From a virus: a stretch of DNA of 64,000 nt. Shown one piece after another: positions 1 through 7,405 of this stretch (within the stretch, counting starts at the first letter, position 1; each line of letters begins with the position of its first letter). The position numbers were made by a program, and so were the translations under genes. The stretch spans positions 64,001 to 128,000 of the IMG/VR virus record IMGVR_UViG_3300049218_000295. One strand, given 5' to 3'. Under the pieces are notes generated by a model. The model was not told the origin of the DNA, did not search any database, and worked only from the letters and a program-made list of their open reading frames with translations.

Positions 1-546
1 CAAGGCGTGTATTTCTTCTTTTGCACAACTGAACCTTCCAAGATTGTTCCAATGCTGAGATCGCGTTGCTTTCCGGTAGAGATGAAACTCCTTACCAGAG
101 AGTCTACTCAAGAACTATTGTCGTTCTTAACTAAGGGCAGAATTACTGAGGAATTTGCTGAGGCCATTTATTTCCGATCTGGCGGGCACGCCCGTGATGC
201 TGTGAAGCTTGCGGAGGCATCCTTATCCGCTGGGATCTCCACAGTAGAACAGTTGGAGCAGGCCGTTCAAGGCACCGATTATCAAACGGCTCGGCATCTT
301 CTGGCCCAGCTTATTGGAGGAGTCAGGCCCGCAACCGCTGACCTACTTAAAGTGGCCCAAATGTCGGATGACCGAGCGTTGGCCGAATTACTTGATAGTA
401 CAATTGACCAAGCAGCATTCGCGGGCCATGAAAAAGCACTGCGATATTACCCCGAATTCCTAACAATGCGGGCTTACCGCAAAGAGTACAAAATTACCCC
501 TCGCGAACAGGCCATCCACCTAATTTCCAGGTTTATTCACGAGTAA
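1..546 (+). CDS. dnaX: DNA polymerase III gamma/tau-like clamp-loader subunit (5'-partial)
   Basis: FFFCTTEPSKIVPMLRSRC matches the clamp-loader sensor-1/SRC region; SGGHARDA is sensor-2; the frame is open to the window edge. Confidence 0.8.
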   Translation, partial: QGVYFFFCTTEPSKIVPMLRSRCFPVEMKLLTRESTQELLSFLTKGRITEEFAEAIYFRSGGHARDAVKLAEASLSAGISTVEQLEQAVQGTDYQTARHLLAQLIGGVRPATADLLKVAQMSDDRALAELLDSTIDQAAFAGHEKALRYYPEFLTMRAYRKEYKITPREQAIHLISRFIHE

Positions 547-549
547 AAC

Positions 550-762
550 ATGGGCAAGACCGAAAAGGACAAGATTAACTGGCACCGCTTTCATAACAAG
601 GTGGACAAATTGCCTACAGAGCAAAAAGAGAAAGTTAAAATTATGGACCAGAATGGCGCTGGTCTTCGCCATGGCAACAAACGTGCATACGAGTCTGTTA
701 TGAAAGTCAAAAAGCGACGCGTTGAAAAGCGAATCAAAAAGGATGAAGATGCTGAAAGCTGA
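550..762 (+). CDS. small basic hypothetical protein
   Basis: 70-aa ATG ORF directly after the dnaX stop. Confidence 0.6.
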   Translation: MGKTEKDKINWHRFHNKVDKLPTEQKEKVKIMDQNGAGLRHGNKRAYESVMKVKKRRVEKRIKKDEDAES

Positions 763-964
763 GGTCACTACCATCTCAGTCTGCCAGGACGGTTCTATGA
801 TCCCTGTTGGTTGTGTGTTGTCAACCAATGATGGACAACAGTTCATAGTGACCGAAAGAGCCGCCCTGTCAACGCTTGTACTCCGACCCAATACTCGGTG
901 GGGTCGTTTTCTATACAACTTCTGGGACCGGCCCAGAATGTGGATCAAACAAAAGTTCGCATGA
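749..964 (+). CDS. hypothetical protein
   Basis: ATG 749 after AAGGA; the stop overlaps the next ATG (ATGA). Confidence 0.55.
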   Translation: MLKAEVTTISVCQDGSMIPVGCVLSTNDGQQFIVTERAALSTLVLRPNTRWGRFLYNFWDRPRMWIKQKFA

Positions 965-1608
965 ACAAGACCGAAGAAATTCGCAAAATCAAGAAGCTCC
1001 AGGCTTTGGCCACCAGCTCTTACCCGCACGAGGCCCAGGCCGCTCGCAGCAAGGCCGACATTCTCATGAAGGTACATGGGGTTACCCAGGCCGAAGTTGA
1101 TGCGCATGATTTGCATGAGGGTGATGTGAGTCATCTTGTTCTCCGGGCGAAATTCAAGCTAGCGGTTGAGGACAAATTCCTGGCTCCTCTACTCGAGAAG
1201 TTTTTCCATGTCATCATTCTCACTCGTCGAAAAGGGCACCAAAAAGAAGTCTTCGCAGTAGGGAGACCGCAGCAGTTACCTAAGGCCAAAAAAGCTTATG
1301 ACCACCTCCAACAAGAATTTCGTTCCAAATGGCGGAGCTATCGCAAAATTTCAGGCAAGCCTGAGGTCTCTCGCCAGTCGTTTTATCTGGGCCTATTCGA
1401 GGCGGTTAAGAAAGTTCTCGGAGACATGGATGTGGAAACCCAGGCCCTACAAGTCTGCGTTACTGACATTGTTGAGAAAATGGGTGCAGATGAACCTACG
1501 GGTAAGGGCTTTGATTTTCCGATGGACGACATGGAAGCGATGAAAGAGGGTTACTTCCAGGGATTGAAGTCGGGAATCCTAAAAGTTTATTTGAACCGTG
1601 ATATCTAA
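961..1608 (+). CDS. DUF2786-like domain protein
   Basis: N-terminal IRKIKKLQALATSSYPHEAQAARSKADILMKVHG and a later SFYLG motif, both typical of DUF2786 proteins; start moved to ATG 961. Confidence 0.8.
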   Translation: MNKTEEIRKIKKLQALATSSYPHEAQAARSKADILMKVHGVTQAEVDAHDLHEGDVSHLVLRAKFKLAVEDKFLAPLLEKFFHVIILTRRKGHQKEVFAVGRPQQLPKAKKAYDHLQQEFRSKWRSYRKISGKPEVSRQSFYLGLFEAVKKVLGDMDVETQALQVCVTDIVEKMGADEPTGKGFDFPMDDMEAMKEGYFQGLKSGILKVYLNRDI

Positions 1609-1631
1609 CCAATATTACGTCTAAAGTAAAT

Positions 1632-1815
1632 CAGTTGGGTGACCGACTGTAGAGTCTAAGTTTGGGCTTCCAGCCGCACTTTTTCTCTCCGACTCTTTGG
1701 GGGACGTTCCGTCGCCGCAAGAGGTTACTGAGTTGGATTGCAGGCCACCAGGTATTAGGAAACGACTCTCAGCGTTTCGCATATCGGCCAGAAACCAAAA
1801 ATGCTAACTAGGAGA
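1632..1815 (+). ncRNA. putative structured leader or ncRNA upstream of the VWA gene
   Basis: Unusually long (214-nt) intergenic gap; stems CAGTTGG-GTGA-CCGACTG (GNRA loop), AGAGTC/GACTCT, GGCT/AGCC, GACG/CGTC and CTGAG/CTCAG. Confidence 0.45.
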
Positions 1816-1822
1816 TATTACC

Positions 1823-3499
1823 ATGAAACTGTCTACGAAATTTGATTACTCGTCTGTCGCTTACAACGTCGATAACACAGTGCATTTGCTTGTCCAGGCA
1901 ACGGCACCCAAACTCGATCTTGAAAAGAATCGCGTTCCGCTTAACCTTGTTGCCACACTCGACGTTTCACCATCTATGTATGGTGCGAAAATTGAGTATG
2001 CTCGCAAGTCTCTAATGAAACTCATCGACCATTTGTCACCTAACGACACCCTAGGTCTTGTGTCCTTTGACTCCGACGTCCGTACTTTGGCCCCTGTGAC
2101 CAAAATGGACCAGAAAGCCAAAGACAACTTGAAACAAATTGTCCAGAAAACTGGCATCGGTGGTGGCGGAACGAACCTATCAGGAGCAATGCTTGAAAGC
2201 ATTCGGCATGCAAACCAAATTGATGGGGCTTCTCGGGTGATTTTGTTCACTGATGGGCAACCAAATGTTGGTGTTCGGGAACCGGATAAACTGTCGGACC
2301 TTTTGCGCCAAAACATGCGCAAGAACCTGAGCCTCACCAGTTTCGGTTATGGAAATGACCATGATGCCAATTTGTTAACCGCTCTCGCGGAAATTGGCAA
2401 AGGAAACTATGCTTATCTACAAAATCCTGATGATGCTCTTACCGCATTTGCACGGGAACTTGGAGGATTGCTTTCCTGCTACGGACAAAATCTCAAATTT
2501 GCGATTACGCCAAAAGAGAAGACTGAAATCCTCGAAGTCATGAGCGACGTCGACGTGGAAGAGATTCCAGAAGGCGGAGTTCTGGTTTCGGTCGCGGACC
2601 TTTATAGTGAAGAAACCCGAAACATCGTCCTCAAAGTGAAACTTGATCGCCAGCCCAAATCCCACCCACGTGCGACTTCGGTTGCTGAGGTCGTTCTCAA
2701 GTATGATCGCATGCCTGAGGGCAAGCGCCAAACCGAGGATGTGCGGGCCAAAATACAGTTTGTAAAGGTGCAGGACGTACAGAAAAACGCGGACCAAGAG
2801 GTAGTGGACCAAGTTGGTCTTTGCCAACTTATGAAAGCACAGGAAGAAGCAACGGTTTATGCGGCTTCCGGAAATCTTTCTATGGCCAATTCCGTTCTAA
2901 ACAGCACTACTTTGGGTGTTCAAGGCGTCTTTGGAGCTGCGGGACCACAAGGTGCTTCTGGGCTAGTTGGAGCAGCTATGGCTACCACGCAAGGCTATTA
3001 TGCGGACCAGGCCTCCTTTACTAACTCAGTGCACCTGCGAGCAGCAAGTGCACATTCACATTCAACAGGTCGCGGTAGTCACACTTCCAATATGGGGCTC
3101 TACACGACAAATACCGCAATGGCAAGTATGGTGGATGCTTTCAAAGCAGATGATGACCAGCTCAACGACGCGCTGAACAGTCATAACCATTCGCTTGGGT
3201 CGGCAGGAGCGCCAGGTATCAGCAGTCACACCCACAACCCTGGTTTAGCCTCCGGTACAATTACGGGCGGGCAGGGCATGTCGGGTATTGGGGCTATCCA
3301 ACTTGACCAGAGCCGAATTGGCGGTGGTTTCAATAACTCTATTGGAAGCACCACAGGCACGCTGGTTTTGAACAATGGGATTGGTGGCGGTGGTATCGTT
3401 CATTGTGCAGATAGCACTGTGACAGTGCAGCCTGCTGAAACCAAGGTCACCGAAAGCAAAGCCAGCAAGACCAAATCCCGTTCTAAAAAGGAGTGGTAA
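1823..3499 (+). CDS. von Willebrand factor A domain protein (YfbK/CLCA-like) with Gly/Ser-rich low-complexity tail
   Basis: MIDAS DVSPS, GGTNL, LFTDG and FGYG motifs; SD GGAGA. Confidence 0.9.
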   Translation: MKLSTKFDYSSVAYNVDNTVHLLVQATAPKLDLEKNRVPLNLVATLDVSPSMYGAKIEYARKSLMKLIDHLSPNDTLGLVSFDSDVRTLAPVTKMDQKAKDNLKQIVQKTGIGGGGTNLSGAMLESIRHANQIDGASRVILFTDGQPNVGVREPDKLSDLLRQNMRKNLSLTSFGYGNDHDANLLTALAEIGKGNYAYLQNPDDALTAFARELGGLLSCYGQNLKFAITPKEKTEILEVMSDVDVEEIPEGGVLVSVADLYSEETRNIVLKVKLDRQPKSHPRATSVAEVVLKYDRMPEGKRQTEDVRAKIQFVKVQDVQKNADQEVVDQVGLCQLMKAQEEATVYAASGNLSMANSVLNSTTLGVQGVFGAAGPQGASGLVGAAMATTQGYYADQASFTNSVHLRAASAHSHSTGRGSHTSNMGLYTTNTAMASMVDAFKADDDQLNDALNSHNHSLGSAGAPGISSHTHNPGLASGTITGGQGMSGIGAIQLDQSRIGGGFNNSIGSTTGTLVLNNGIGGGGIVHCADSTVTVQPAETKVTESKASKTKSRSKKEW

Positions 3500-3500
3500 A

Positions 3501-3806
3501 ATGCACATCCAAAATTGCATTGTTCCGCTCCAAATAGGGTGCGGATGCGGTGGACTTGCATGCAGTTGCCAGAATAAGGTCCGCACCAAATGCGGGGCCT
3601 GTCCCAAGTGCGGTGCCCCAATCTATGAGGTCTCGCAGGTAACGTATCAGTGGTGGGGGTACAACCATTCGAAGCCGCAGATTGAATACAGTTGCGCTTG
3701 CAGGTTTGACTACTGCGCCCCGTGTATTCCAGCAATACCGCTTAAAATCACAGTCGAGTATCAACCACGCAAGCTATCAAAGAAAAGAAGTGGAAAAGAG
3801 TGGTGA
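3501..3806 (+). CDS. Cys-rich putative metal-binding protein
   Basis: 12 Cys (CGC, CSC, CGACPKC, CAC, CAPC); starts 1 nt after the VWA stop. Confidence 0.7.
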   Translation: MHIQNCIVPLQIGCGCGGLACSCQNKVRTKCGACPKCGAPIYEVSQVTYQWWGYNHSKPQIEYSCACRFDYCAPCIPAIPLKITVEYQPRKLSKKRSGKEW

Positions 3807-3809
3807 AAT

Positions 3810-3836
3810 GAGGCCCCGGCGAGCTGCCGGGGCCTC
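3810..3836. terminator. hairpin between convergent genes, probable bidirectional terminator
   Basis: Perfect 11-bp stem GAGGCCCCGGC/GCCGGGGCCTC with a 5-nt loop. Confidence 0.7.
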
Positions 3837-3841
3837 CATCT

Positions 3842-4036
3842 TTAGGCAGATTTGCGGCGTTGAGCATGAAGCTCATTGTCGACTTCTTCGGCAATGTCCT
3901 CACCGTTCTCTTCTGCGGCTGCCTTGCCAAGCTCAATGAGCTTTTTCGTAGTAAGACCGCCGCGTTTGCCGTTCTCGGCCAAATAGCGACGGACTTCATC
4001 TGTAACCATACCATCGTCTGTTTGTTTCTTTGCCAT
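3842..4036 (-). CDS. small KGG-motif / SASP-like protein, paralog 1
   Basis: AENGKRGGLTTKKLIELG; SD AGGAG; aligns with the neighbouring gene. Confidence 0.8.
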   Translation of the reverse strand: MAKKQTDDGMVTDEVRRYLAENGKRGGLTTKKLIELGKAAAEENGEDIAEEVDNELHAQRRKSA

Positions 4037-4047
4037 TTGCTTTCTCC

Positions 4048-4251
4048 TTATGCCGCACGTCGGCGGTTTCGTTGCGTTTGTTCGACTTCGCTTGCTACGT
4101 CCTCGCCGCTTTCAATCGCGGCTTGTTTTCCGAGTTCGACAAGACGGCGCGTCACAGCGCCACCTTTTTTCGCTCCCAGCTTTCCGTTCTCTGAAAGAAA
4201 ACGGCGGATTTCGGGCGTCAGCTTTTCGCTTTGCATTGCCTTTTTTGCCAT
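4048..4251 (-). CDS. small KGG-motif / SASP-like protein, paralog 2
   Basis: ATG 4251 after GGAGG; SENGKLGAKKGGAVTRRLVELG. Confidence 0.8.
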   Translation of the reverse strand: MAKKAMQSEKLTPEIRRFLSENGKLGAKKGGAVTRRLVELGKQAAIESGEDVASEVEQTQRNRRRAA

Positions 4252-4368
4252 ATGTGATACCTCCACCTTCAAAAATGCAATACCCGCGCCAAACATCGCG
4301 AACGGTCTCGACGCGATGTACTACACTCAACGTGGACATTCGTTATGTTAAAAGGGAAAGGAGGGCCT

Positions 4369-4497
4369 ATGAGATTAATACTCCTAATCCTCTTCATTTC
4401 TTGCCTCACAGGATGCGCTACCACTGGCACCTATCAGCACGACAGCATTAATGAAGTGATGGGCCGAGACAACCGTGAGCACCGCCATCACTGCTAA
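4369..4497 (+). CDS. 42-aa lipoprotein (not in ORF track)
   Basis: SD AAGGAGG; MRLILLILFISCLTGC has a hydrophobic core and lipobox LTGC. Confidence 0.7.
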   Translation: MRLILLILFISCLTGCATTGTYQHDSINEVMGRDNREHRHHC

Positions 4498-4681
4498 GAA
4501 ATTTCGACAGAGCGTCGCTGAAGCAATTAGGGACGGCTTCTTAAAGGATCTTGCAAGGGAATTCGAGGTCTTGGATTCGACAGTTTCAATGTGGGCTGAC
4601 GGAACCGACAGACCACCCTTAGTCCTTCAAGAGGTAATCCTCCTCGTGATTGAGCGAATGCGAAAGGCCAATAAGATTTAA
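4475..4681 (+). CDS. Cro/XRE-like helix-turn-helix protein
   Basis: LAREFEVLDSTVSMWADGTDRP HTH pattern. Confidence 0.7.
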   Translation: MSTAITAKKFRQSVAEAIRDGFLKDLAREFEVLDSTVSMWADGTDRPPLVLQEVILLVIERMRKANKI

Positions 4682-4735
4682 TATTGCGGAGAGGCCTATC
4701 AAAGCACTTCTTTTGCTCCAGTCTATTCTTCCGGC

Positions 4736-5269
4736 ATGACAGATTACATAGACTATTTGACCGCTGACGAAAAACCAAACGCGAAGCTCATGATCCAAAG
4801 GTTAAGTGAAGCCGGAAAGTGCATTATTTCCGGTGAGACCGACGACCTGGTGGAAATGCCAGTCGACATGAACCCAGACAACGTACTGGCCAACAACATG
4901 GCTTGCATCACCAAGGCGCTCGCTAGAGAGTCCCTCTATACATCCTTCTACACCGTCACGGTTAAGGACTTTGAGGTCACTTTTTGTACCGCACCTGTCT
5001 TTCAAAATTACAACATCGAACTCTGTGGTTTGCTTGATAAGGATGTGAGCCCAGAGGCTGCTGAAGCGCTGAAAATGGACGGCTATGATTTTACCAAAAT
5101 CTATGCCTACCTAACAGCCAGACACTGCAAAGGAATCACACGAGTTCTAGTTCCTGACAAAGTCGGCTCCTATATGGAGTGGAATCAATATTTGGGTTTT
5201 GTCATGAGAAGCAGAATCCGAATGAAAGCTTCCGGAATTATCAAACCACCGACATTAGTCTCGGTATAA
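4736..5269 (+). CDS. hypothetical protein (possibly leaderless)
   Basis: 177-aa ORF; TATTCT ends 6 nt before the ATG and there is no SD. Confidence 0.7.
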   Translation: MTDYIDYLTADEKPNAKLMIQRLSEAGKCIISGETDDLVEMPVDMNPDNVLANNMACITKALARESLYTSFYTVTVKDFEVTFCTAPVFQNYNIELCGLLDKDVSPEAAEALKMDGYDFTKIYAYLTARHCKGITRVLVPDKVGSYMEWNQYLGFVMRSRIRMKASGIIKPPTLVSV

Positions 5270-5284
5270 CGAAAGGACCCTAAC

Positions 5285-6157
5285 ATGAAATGGAAAACGA
5301 TGCCTCCAGGCAAATTAGACAGTCTCGTGAACGCAAACAAAGCTGTTTACGTTCTTAATTCCTCAGTTCTCCCATCGGGGGACAAGGGCACCATCGTCAT
5401 CAATTTCTATGATGGCACACGCCGTGAATTTCTCAAAATTCCTCCGACGTTCATTCCTATTGCTGCTTCGGATGTTATTCCTCCTAAGAAGCTCAGCGAA
5501 TCCCGCGATTTCAAACAATCGCTAGTTAAGGGAATGTTGACACTGGTGGACCCAGACCAGGCAGCTGACTACTTGGAAACCAAAGAAGCTCGCGAAGAGT
5601 ATGAGAATCTCATGCTCTCTGAGCACTCTGCTAAATCTCGTAGCATCACCACCGAAGCGGAAATTGCGAAGCGCACACGCGTTTCTCATCAATCCAATGC
5701 TTCGGCTGGTCCTCGCGATGAAACCGGACCTGGTGATACGGTATCGAACCGCGTTCGTGGTTTCATGGAAAGCCTGACCTCCAAAACGATGGACGCCAAG
5801 GAAGTATTGATTAGCCTTAAGCGGCATCAAACTGCTCTTTCAGATGGCGATTTGTCTTATGTCATCGCCAATGCCGAAGACCGCGAATTGAAGCAATGGG
5901 CAACTAAGGCTTTGTCTGAACAAGCCGGTGAAGTCCCTGCAAAAGTAGCTAAAAAGGTAGTGGCCGCCGCCGAAAAAGCTGTTCCTCTTTCCAAAAAGAA
6001 GGATGCAGATGCCGCTTTCGACTTCGACAAGCCGATGTCCGCTGAAGAGCAACGAGCAGAAGCTGAGGCTATGTCCAGAGCTGCTTCCCAGCAAGCTCTC
6101 CACGGCGAATCCAAAGTTGATGAAGAGATCGACCGCCTTCTCGCCGGAAAACGATAA
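5285..6157 (+). CDS. hypothetical protein
   Basis: 290-aa ORF with SD AAGGA, followed by a terminator. Confidence 0.8.
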   Translation: MKWKTMPPGKLDSLVNANKAVYVLNSSVLPSGDKGTIVINFYDGTRREFLKIPPTFIPIAASDVIPPKKLSESRDFKQSLVKGMLTLVDPDQAADYLETKEAREEYENLMLSEHSAKSRSITTEAEIAKRTRVSHQSNASAGPRDETGPGDTVSNRVRGFMESLTSKTMDAKEVLISLKRHQTALSDGDLSYVIANAEDRELKQWATKALSEQAGEVPAKVAKKVVAAAEKAVPLSKKKDADAAFDFDKPMSAEEQRAEAEAMSRAASQQALHGESKVDEEIDRLLAGKR

Positions 6158-6168
6158 AAGAAATGTTG

Positions 6169-6192
6169 GGGCAGGTCATCCTTGACCTGCCC
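6169..6192 (+). terminator. hairpin terminator
   Basis: 10-bp stem GGGCAGGTCA/TGACCTGCCC after the stop. Confidence 0.6.
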
Positions 6193-6272
6193 TAGCCTTC
6201 CGTGGCCTACTTCCAAAGTAAATAGGAAGCAGACCATTTCGAAATAGCGCGTAGCGCGGAGAGGAGGATACC

Positions 6273-6422
6273 ATGGCAAAGAAACCAGCAAAAGCAAAAT
6301 CATCGAAGAAGCCCGCTGCAAAGGCGGCTAAGAAACCGGCGGCCAAAGCCGCTAAGAAGTCTGTAGCAAAAGCTCCCAAAAAGAGCCTCGCTCAGAAGCA
6401 TACGTCACCCTTTACGGTTTGA
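6273..6422 (+). CDS. histone H1-like Lys/Ala/Pro-rich DNA-binding protein, 49 aa (not in ORF track)
   Basis: SD GAGGAGG; MAKKPAKAKSSKKPAAKAAKKPAAKAAKKSVAKAPKK. Confidence 0.8.
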   Translation: MAKKPAKAKSSKKPAAKAAKKPAAKAAKKSVAKAPKKSLAQKHTSPFTV

Positions 6423-6428
6423 TACGGT

Positions 6429-6454
6429 GCGATAGCAGGCATAGCTGCTATCGC
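6429..6454 (+). terminator. hairpin terminator
   Basis: 10-bp perfect stem GCGATAGCAG/CTGCTATCGC after the H1-like gene. Confidence 0.6.
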
Positions 6455-6468
6455 CCCTAAAAATTCCC

Positions 6469-6822
6469 ATGTACCAGGCAATATTACAAAAAATCGCGAG
6501 TATTCCGCAACCGTCTGCGGTTCCTCCCACCCGTATTGCTCTTGAAGATGGACAGGCCCTATCTATCGAGTTTACAGTCCTCCCCAAAGAAGGCCGTGGC
6601 TTCTTTCTAAGTAGCGAAGTCGGTATGACTTACACCTCGGAAGTAATTGAAGTCTGGAGCCCCACTAAACCCACCGACAAGTTTAAGACCCATGGAATCG
6701 AGGTTGGTCCCTTTCTGGGACCTGATCTCTCCCTTGGAGATGTTGTATTTGTTACCGAAAATACTATCTACGCCCTACGTAGCATTACAGAAAGCAAAAG
6801 GAATGGCCAAGAAACTGAGTGA
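6469..6822 (+). CDS. hypothetical protein
   Basis: 117-aa ORF with a VFVTENTIY motif. Confidence 0.6.
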   Translation: MYQAILQKIASIPQPSAVPPTRIALEDGQALSIEFTVLPKEGRGFFLSSEVGMTYTSEVIEVWSPTKPTDKFKTHGIEVGPFLGPDLSLGDVVFVTENTIYALRSITESKRNGQETE

Positions 6823-7201
6823 AAAAGGAAAGCTTGCTTTACATAAATTGTATGGAATCGGTGAGGTTATTGCCAAAAATCGCCCCGATGTCCCGCCTAC
6901 TCGGGATGAGCTTGCAAGCCTCGGAGTCACAAAACAGGAACTCAAGGACTTAGAAGCACTCGGACTCATTAAAAGCCGAACTATGATTGTTACCCAGACT
7001 TTCAGAAACCTGAATAAGACAACTACAGGTCGGCCCGTTTACACTATCACCTCCTTGGGCAAAGAAGTTTGCGCCCAGCTAGGGTTTATTCCTCCCAAAG
7101 ACGAATCACCCGCTCCTATTATTCTGCCGCCCGAGGCCTCTTCCGCACCGGTTGCAGAGCAACCGAAGGACATTGTCATTGACAGTACCCCCCAGGCCTG
7201 A
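6803..7201 (+). CDS. winged-helix-like hypothetical protein
   Basis: LKDLEALGLIKS...YTITSLG winged-HTH pattern; start moved to ATG 6803. Confidence 0.6.
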   Translation: MAKKLSEKGKLALHKLYGIGEVIAKNRPDVPPTRDELASLGVTKQELKDLEALGLIKSRTMIVTQTFRNLNKTTTGRPVYTITSLGKEVCAQLGFIPPKDESPAPIILPPEASSAPVAEQPKDIVIDSTPQA

Positions 7202-7382
7202 GAACGATAGCTTACGTGAGGATACCATCTCCGCCCTAGAAAAGGCGGGTTACGACAATATCAAGGTCGAGGTGGACCCCCGAGATCCTACACAATTCAA
7301 TGTGAGCTTTACCTATCGGCCCATTGAACCCTACCTCTTGATAGATTTGACTCTCGACGAGACTAATAGCAGCAAGGCATAG
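7179..7382 (+). CDS. small protein resembling the tail-sheath C-terminus
   Basis: TTG 7179 after AAGGA; IKVEVDPRDPTQFNVSFTYRPIEP resembles sheath C-terminal strands. Confidence 0.5.
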   Translation: MTVPPRPENDSLREDTISALEKAGYDNIKVEVDPRDPTQFNVSFTYRPIEPYLLIDLTLDETNSSKA

Positions 7383-7392
7383 CGCGACAAGT

Positions 7393-7399
7393 TTATCTT
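7393..7399 (+). promoter_or_regulatory. TTATCTT putative late-promoter element (leaderless)
   Basis: Motif ends 6 nt before ATG 7406; no SD. Confidence 0.55.
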
Positions 7400-7405
7400 G
7401 TCCAT

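Noticed and set aside
1725-1775. Hammerhead ribozyme (CTGA...GAAA)
   Set aside because: CTGAGTT does not match the CUGANGA core and the stems do not fit.
1623-6226. AAAGTAAAT shared upstream of the VWA leader and the H1-like gene
   Set aside because: Only two AT-rich copies; too few to call a promoter class.
6225-6262. c-di-GMP-I riboswitch-like GCAGACCATTTCGAAA
   Set aside because: Only superficial similarity; the matching GGGACGCAAAG strand and P3 are absent.
6420-6454. Selenocysteine readthrough (TGA followed by a hairpin)
   Set aside because: No redox motif context; a terminator is the simpler explanation.
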